From: a virus
Taxonomy: Duplodnaviria; Caudoviricetes
Virus record (IMG/VR): IMGVR_UViG_3300012920_000056
Location: 1 to 52,691 of that record
Length of the DNA: 52,691 nucleotides
Strand: one strand, 5' to 3'
The translations under genes and the position numbers were made by a program. The notes beneath the pieces were generated by a model. That model was not told the origin of the DNA. It saw only the letters and a list, made by a program, of their open reading frames with translations, and searched no databases. Shown one piece after another: positions 34,501 through 43,500 of the stretch; position 1 is the first letter of the stretch, and every line of letters starts with the position of its first letter.

Positions 34501-37500
34501 TTAAAACGGAAAAAGTAAGCGTACTTGAGCCAGGAGAAGCTCGCCTTGGCAAGGGAAAAGCTGGCGGGCAAAGAGCAGATGGGAGGGATGTATTTCAAGC
34601 GCTAATTGATATTGAATATGATAGAAGAAATATCGAAGAATTTGAGAAAATATCAAATCCAATTGCAAATAAATTAATTGATGGAAATGTCGAGTGGTTA
34701 AACAAAATAGAAAAAACTTCCTCTAAATTAATTGATAGAAATTTAGCTGATCCATCAAATATACAAGGTATACAAACTCAAGTTAGTAATTTGCAATTAA
34801 TAAAAAAAGCTAAATCAAAAGGAATCAAAGCTCAAGATATAGTTGCAGGAAAAAGCGCAAAAGGAACCGCAAAGCAAAAAAAATATTGGGAAAAATACCA
34901 AACAACCATAAAAAACGGGAAATTTAAAGACCAAAAATTTATGGAAAAAGGAATCCGAGATAAAGTTAAAGGTGCCATAGGGGAGTATGCAGCAGCAATA
35001 AAAGAAGGCACGACAGTTAATACTAAAAATTCTTATTTTGACTTAGTAAATGGTAAAGAAGTCAAGACAAAGAGAACGACTCCTGCTTCAAATTTACTCA
35101 AGAAAGGTGCTAATGAATACTTAAAAACTCTTTCTGAAAAAAATAATCTTTTTAACCAAAGAACTGACAACAAGAAGCTGAATAAAATTACTGTGATTAT
35201 GCCGAGAGACGGTAGCGTTAATTTTCAAGCGGCAGATGGATTCATACCAAATTTCTTTGGTGATAAAATTGGCTGGAAAATTGATAAAGCCAAAGGTGAC
35301 TATGCTATTACAGGAAGCAATTCTAAGCTAAGCGGTTTCAGTAGTTACCTCAAAGAAGTGTCTGAAAAAGATTCGAAAATAGTTAGCCCAAGGGCTGCAG
35401 AAATGTTTGAAAAACGAGTCAAAGAAGTTAACGCACAACATTTAAAAGATAAAGAAGAAACTTCAAGAAGATCGCCTATCGGTTTTGGTAGGCAAGGAGC
35501 AAAACATTATGCAGCGATGGATGCTGTATCCAGAAGAGAGCGAAGCGTTAGTACAAAAGGATTATTTATCAAAGATCTTGGCAAGCATGTCAAGCAGTAT
35601 AATAAACATGATATTTTCGCAGTAGATAAGTTTGGCTCGTATGATTCTTTTTTTGGTGAAGGTTATATTCCAAATTTAATTAATAGACCATTAACTACTA
35701 AAGAACCAACTCAACCAAGAAAACTAGACCTTCACTGGATTAGCTCAGTTGAAAGTAGTGGAACATCAGAATTAAGAAGAATATACAAAGATATAGAACA
35801 ATCCGCAAAAGTAGGAAAACCCTATACTCAAATTGATGCTGGATTTGTAGTTGGACCTAGAATACCAAAAATCTTAGTAGAAGGCCACAAGCTTTTAAAT
35901 AAAAGTAGAGCTAGCGGAAAAAACATTCCAAAAATGAAGCTGAATGGAGTGATGACTCCAGGTGACATAACCAAGTATATTTATCGGAATAAAGAAAAGT
36001 TAGCCGCTGGTGATAAATTCACTACAAAGGCAGATTACATGCCAGGAGAAGAAAAAGAGGTTGAGAAATACCTCAAAATCATGGGCTTGAATCCATCATC
36101 TTTCAATAGCGTAGATTTAGATGAAATACAAATGTTTAGAAATGGATTTGCTGGAGGTTTTATACCTAATTTTGCAAACCAAGTATATGATAAAGATAAA
36201 ATTCAACCACAAGAAGCTGGAGAAATTTTACAAAATATTTTATCCAACAAAAAAAAGAAAGATTTACTTATTGGACCGTCTGGAGTTGGTAAGTCAACCT
36301 TAGCTGCAAAATATGGTGAGTTTATAAAAAGCATTGAAGATGCTAAGGAGGCTAGCTCTTATACAATATTATCTGGAGCAGGAAAAACAAAAGCTGGTGG
36401 AATGTCTCCAGCATTATTAAAAATTATTGAGGCTGTTAATGGTTCTGGCGGCAAAGTATCTTACCTTTCTGCGGATGATAAAACCATAGAGGAAAGAAGA
36501 GAAAAAAGAATTTCTAAACCGCTTAAAGGTGATCTACGTTCCGAAGGCCAATTAAAAGGCACACGATTCGCGCCTAAGAATCAACCTGATTTTGCAAATG
36601 TAGTTAAAAGAGCTGCTAATAGATTCGAAATTATTAATGCAGCTCAAGGTGTTATTCCAAATTTTGCACTTAGTAATTCTATGATAGAAGGTTTGCGCGC
36701 AAAGCTTCGTCCAGGCAGTGGAGCTACAGAAGCAGAAAAAAAGAACGCAAGAAAGATACTAGACAAAGAAGAGCGCTCAACATCATTTATTAAAGATGCA
36801 GCAATAATTGATGACCTTCAGTTCTCTAAAAAACAAGTACAGGGAGCGATAGCAGATGTTACTGAAAAAAGAAATTCACTTAATCTTGATTCACAGCCAA
36901 TTGCTATTGAACAAAAAGATATAACAAAATTCGCAGAAGAATATATTAAAAAAGTAAACAGAGCAAAACGCGCTTTTACTAACGAAAAGTTATTTGGTAC
37001 TCCTTTAAGCACGAGCGAAATCAGCATGGCCTTAAAAGGTCAAGGTGGATATCAAAGAGGCAAATACATACCAAAACATTTTAAAAACATGGCTGACGGA
37101 TATATTCCAAATTTTGCCAATTTTGTTCCTAATTATGTTATGCCGCAAAGAGATTTTGCAAAATTTAGCGTAGCTATAGCTAGGTTTAATAGAAAAAATT
37201 TAATAACACCGCCATTAAAAGCGTTAGATTCAAGAGAGTTAATAAAAATTCCAAAACGGAATCCAGAAGTAGCTAGAGAAACGGTTGAAAATGTTAGACA
37301 ATTCATTAGTTCTGATGAATACCGAGCTTTAGATCCAGGAATCCAAAAAGAAGTTCAAAAGCACTATAATAAAATTGCCATTAGAACTGGAGTTAGTGAT
37401 GCAAGTCGTCCATTTACTCGACATTCAGATCCAAATTTTGAAGGCAGAATTGCTGCCGCTAAAGGCCTGATTCCTAATTTTGCTAATGAATTACAAGAAG

Positions 37501-40500
37501 CTATAGTCAGAGAAGAACAAGCTTTAAAAGATCAAGGTTCAAGCGCTAAAGTATATGTTGATCAAGATAATAGATTAAAAGATCGTAAAAATCCAATGGG
37601 CCTATTAGTTGCGAATCGTAGAGATGAACCAGGCGGTGGATTTCAAGGAGTTAATCGAGCAATGTCTATGGGAATGAATCCAAAGGTGCATGGAATGGCA
37701 AGTGGGTACATACCTAATTATGTAGCAGGAGGAGCGATTCAGTCAACTAATTTTGATTCAAGTGGTTTTAAAAAACTTACAGAGCAAACACAAAAAGCCG
37801 CCAATCAAGCAAAAATCGGAGCTGACAAGATCAGAGATCTCGGAAAAGCTGCTGGAGATACAGGTGAAGCAAGTGATAATAGTATGGGCAGATTACTCGC
37901 CTTTTCAATAGGGCTTTCTACAATAGAGTCTACCTTAGCGCAAGTTGGAGGACCAGCGTTTGAAAATTTTTCATTACAGGCTACTCAAGCTAGCATTGCT
38001 GTTGCCGAGTTAGGCGGAAATTTAACACAAGCTCTATCAAAACAGCTGGGATCTTTGGGGCAAACACTATCATCTAAAAAAGGACTTGGCGGAGTGGGTG
38101 GTTTACTTGGTGGTCTTGGAAAGACTGTTGGTAGATTAGTCCCAGTAATTGGACCTTTAAGTGTAGCAGGTGGTTTACTTTATGACGCCTACGAAAATGG
38201 TGCATTTAAAACGCTTGGCTTATATAATAAGCAAAAGGAATTGATTAAATCAACCACTCAATATACAAAAACGCTGGAAGAACAACAAAACAAACAAGCT
38301 CAAAGTATAGAAAAAGTAGATAAATTTTCTGTAGTCCTTTCAAAGCTTGGCAAAGCCGCGCAAGAGGGAAATATAGATGCTTATGGAAAATTTTTACAAG
38401 AGCTAACTGAACAAGCTGGAGAGCTAGACAATATTGATCCAACCGCATTCCGCGAATTGCTTAATAGCGCAGGAGATGCTAAAAAACTTAATGAAGCGAC
38501 ACAAGCATTAAAAGACTTAATTAACCAAGGAAGTCAACTAACAAACTTTCAAAAAGATTTTGCAGATTTAACTAAGGAAATTGCTGAAGCTGACGGAGAC
38601 TTAGATAAAGTTAACGCTGGCAAAAAAATACAAGAAATTGGGAAAACATTAGTTAGTGGTTTAAATCTTGATCAAATGAAACAATTAGTGGGGGGGCTTG
38701 CTGATTTTGATGGTAGTTCTCAAGATTCCGCTAATACTCTCCTCAAGTTACAAAGTGTGTTTGGTAATTTAGATAGTGAAACAAAAAGCTATATTAGACA
38801 AAACGAAGGGCTGAGTAAATCATTGCTTTTATCTGTTAAATCACAAGCTGGTTATAAAGTTGCGGCAGATAATTTAACCCAAGCATATATTAAAGCCCGA
38901 AGTCCAGTTCAAAATTTAAATGCAGAATTTTCAAAATTAGCTCTTGCCATTGATAATTCAATTAAGAATATAAGAGCTTCATTTAGTACTTTATCAGAAG
39001 TTGGGAAAATAGAGGCAGAATCTAGAACAAAAACATTAGAAGCAACTTCAGTAGTAACTCCACAGGCTTCAGCTCAAGGGCAAGCTATTGCTGATCTTGC
39101 AAGAGCTCAGCAAGAAGCTTCGCAAGATATTAAAACATCATTGCAGTCCTTTGCTTCGGAAACTATTAAAAGCGCAGAAAAAAATAGTCAAGTACTAAAA
39201 GGTCCAATTAAAACCTTAGTTGACGGGATAAAGTCTGGCGATGTTAATTTAAATGCTGCAATATCATCTTTACGAGAAATTCAACAAACTGGCAATGCCG
39301 AACAAAAAGATTCTGCAACAAAAGCTCTTGATACAATTCGTGGAGCTAATCAAGAATTCATAAGTTCTCAAAAAGTAATCGATGCTACTTTGAGAGCTCA
39401 ATTGCAAGAATCGGCAATTCAGAGCGCTATATTCAGAAGAGAAAATCAATTAAGCGAAGGCCAACTAAAAACACTAATTGAATTTAATAACGCTTCAAAA
39501 ACAAATCTAGAAAGATTATCAGGCTTAAAAGAGTCTATTGATTTAGTTCGCGAACTAGGCGGAAATGAAGATATTTTAGCAGAACTAAAAGCAGGTAATC
39601 GTCAACGGTCAGAATTAGAAAACCTAGAAGCTGCATTTTCTAAATTTACTGGGCAAGCTTTTGACGCAATCAATTTAGATGATCTAGAAAGTCAAGTAGA
39701 TAGTTTCATTGCTTCTGATCGATTTTCTGAATTAGACACTAAGACCCAGAGCTTGGTGGCTGCATTGACTGGCGCTTTTGATAAAATTAATAAATTTGAA
39801 TTACAAGATAAAGGAGTATCTTCTGCCGAAGATGTTGGGGCAGCTAAAACCATTAGCACACCAGATGAAGCTATTAAATCTTTAGCAACTGAATTTGAAA
39901 CATTTTCTCAAACATTAGCAACAGGTTTAAAATTAGATCCTGAATCTATCAAATCATTATCTTCAACAGAAAGCATTCAATCTATCGCAGAAAGTATTAA
40001 GTCAACATCTGAAACAAATCAACAAAATCTAGCTAAAAACGCTGAATTGCAAAAAGCGCAAACTGAAGCCTTAATAACTGCTGCATCTAAAATAGATAGT
40101 AGCGGCAGCAAGTTAGATAGTGCTGCAGGTGCCTTACTTGAGGCTGCAAAAACAATTAGAGCTACCTCAGGCACTTCCGCTTCTGGTTTTGTACCTAGTT
40201 TTTCGGCTAATTCTCAAGCTGTCACGCGAGCAATAACAACAGAAAGAAACCTGGGAGGAAAGCCTGTCGTCGATTATAATTCTGCAGTAGGAACTTATGT
40301 AAGAGATGGAAATACTCAACCTAATTTTGCTGCTGTAAAAAGAGATCATCCAGAAGGCTTAAAAAGAGCTGCTGAAAATTCAAAGACCTTGCAGGGTATG
40401 GCTGCATCTCGAGGTTTTGTTCCAAATTTCTTTGGTAGTGCTGCTGGAGTAGATTTTACTGGAACAGGTGGTAATTTCAATCAATCATTTGAGCCCACAA

Positions 40501-43500
40501 GAGAACAAATAATTGCAGGCAACTCACAAGAAGCGCGAGAAGCTTTAGAAGAAAAAGGTTATCAAGCCGCTATTAGCGCAGCAATCATTGGAAACACTGG
40601 AGCTTTTGATAAATCTTTATTTTTAGGTTCCGCAATGAGATTACCTTTTGATAGAAAGCCGTGGAGGAAAATTTTAAATACCAATGAATACGCCAAAAAG
40701 TTTTACAATTCTGTTTATAATGCTGAACAGCCTAGTTTTAGCGGGGCTGATAAAATTTATACAGAATCCACAAAACAATCTTTCGAAAATTTACAAAAAA
40801 GCTTTTTTGAATCAATGGAGAAAGAATCAAAATTGGGGAATCTATGGGATGTTGTTCTAGAAAATAAAACTACCGCGAGAAAAGAATTTAAAAAATATTT
40901 TAATCAAAACAAAAAACTATTTACCAGCTTTGATTTATCAAAAGATGCTTATGACAAAAATGTATATCAAACAATGTCTCCATTGTATAATCTTCGGGAT
41001 CAAATCAATAATGCATATCTTCATAATGCTATTGGTACAGTCGCAGGGCCACTTGATAAAGTTCCACGGTTAAAATCTGGACTGGAAAATCCATATAGTT
41101 TTAAAATACCAGTAACAAATGGCGCTTCATTAGCTTATGTACCAGCCGTGACAAGTCTTTATAAACAAAATTTTGTTTCAACGGGAGATTATTCAAGAGT
41201 GCCAGGTTTCGCAAAACATGTTTTACTTAAAAATGTAGCAGATAAAATACAAGATATTCATTACCGTGATGATTTAGTTCTTCCATATGATATAAAATAT
41301 AATTTAAAAAATGAGCAAGGAGAAACTATATCTCCTACAGCCTTTTTAGATATAGACGTAACACAAGGGCGAAAAAATACTTCAAGTATCCGCGACCAAC
41401 AAAATAAAATTACTGAATTAGATACTTTAGAAAGGGTCATACAAAATAAAATTTCTGCTAACGATCAATACATAGAAAAGAAAAAGGGTGATCTATACAT
41501 GCTTAAAAATCCATTAATTGATCCTGATTCAGGCTTAATGCCAGTAGTCACGCCACCAGATCAAATTAAAAAATTAGAAAGCCATATAAAAGATGTTCAG
41601 GATCAAAAAACGATTTTCCAATCGCAAATTAGTAAACATAAATTAGCAAAAGAATATATACAAAAAAATCTAGAGTACGCGCATAAATACAAAAACATAC
41701 CTAACGAACAATTTGCAACCAATCCTATATATTTAAATGATAGCGGTAAGGAGCAAAAACTCAAAAGCTGGTCTTCGAGTAAAAAAAATAGTTCGATCAA
41801 TAATTTATCTACATGGTTTCATGGCCTGAAACTTACTACTTTAAAAGAAAATAATTTTAAATCTTTAATTAGCGGATTTAAAGAAAATGTCTTTAACACA
41901 GAATTTAATAAAAATAATTCTGAAGCGAAAAAATTTATAGAGACTGCATATAATACAGTATTACCTACCGCACTTAAAAATCTTTCACTAACCCCAAAAG
42001 AAGATTACAGCCAAGCTGTACAAAACACTATCGATGAGATTAAGAATTATAAATTAAAATCTCCTGTAATGGTAGAAGAATTAAAATCTGCAAAAACTGA
42101 AAGACAGAAAAAAACTATCGAAAAAGATGCAGCAAGCAGCGCAAAAAGTCAATTAGAGTCTGACACTGCTATTGCAGAATCATATTCAGAAGATTTATTT
42201 CCTCAAACTTTCGCAGAATCTTTAAAAGAAACTGAGACAATAATACAAGGTCAAGAAAAATCAAGTGATCTTTTAGATCTATTTCATAATGCAATATTAG
42301 GGAGATCCGCAGAATCTGAATATGCAGCTGCTAATGCAAACATTGGCGAAATTGCTGAAAGATTTGCAAGGCAAAAGTCGATGGCAGAACAGGCGACATC
42401 AAACAAGAAAGCTTTTATAGAAAATCAAATCAAAGGTAGAAAAAACGTACTGCCAAGATATGAAAAATTCGCAGGCAATAGAACAACACCTCAGCAAAAA
42501 AAATCTGCAGAACGAGCTGAAATTTTGAAAAGAGAAATTAGAGCTATCGAAAAACATGCGGAAATTTATGACAATAGTGATGCAATAAAGTATATAATGT
42601 TTGAGGATATGCGTAGTCCATTATTAATGGATGGTAAGCCTATATATCCTATGATTCCTACTGCCCCAGATGATTATGCTGAAAGATTCGAGAAGTATGA
42701 AAAAATATTTGAACGCTATCAAAAATATAAAGATAGCGGTAGCTTCTTAAAATTAAATCCAAACAATCAATTTGCAAATCAGCCATGGTCGGAAGATTAC
42801 GCTAGGATTCATACGGGAACGTTTTTAGATCAATTCTCTCAACAGAATTATGATCAAAGAGTTGAAACCTTAAAAAGATTAGGTGCTGATATAAAACTAA
42901 GAAATTCAGACACAAATCCGTTTTTTCAACTAACCCAAGAACAAGGTCGTAACGACTTTTTAGCAAACCTTAAAAATTCAGCCACAACTCTCCCTGAAAA
43001 ATATCTGTATGACAGAATAGGATTTTTAGTAGCCAATGAGTGGGTGGGTGATGTGGCTAAATTTGGAGTAACTGAAAAATTAAGCCCTACATTTAAAAAA
43101 CTTCAAACAATCGGCATGCCACTTTTACCTAATGCGGAAACAAATTATATACCACAAATAAAATTAATATCCGCAGAAAGAATAGATGGAGGTCCTGGAA
43201 CTCAAGAATATTCTGGGCCAGTGGTATCAGAACTTCTAACGCGGGAAGTAATGACTGAAGCAGCAAAATTACAACAAGCAGCATTTTACGAAAAAAATAA
43301 GAAATTTTATGAAGACGCAGGTATTAAATTACTTCCTGAAATGCTGGCTGGTAAAAAAATTGAATTTAATAAATATCCTCAATATTTAGACTGGCTAGCT
43401 GAAAAGTCTGGTTCTGGATTTAAAGTTAGTTCATTTGTTAATCAAATGCTAAACGATACAGAAAGCGTCGCAAATTTTGATTCCTGGAGAAACAAATATG

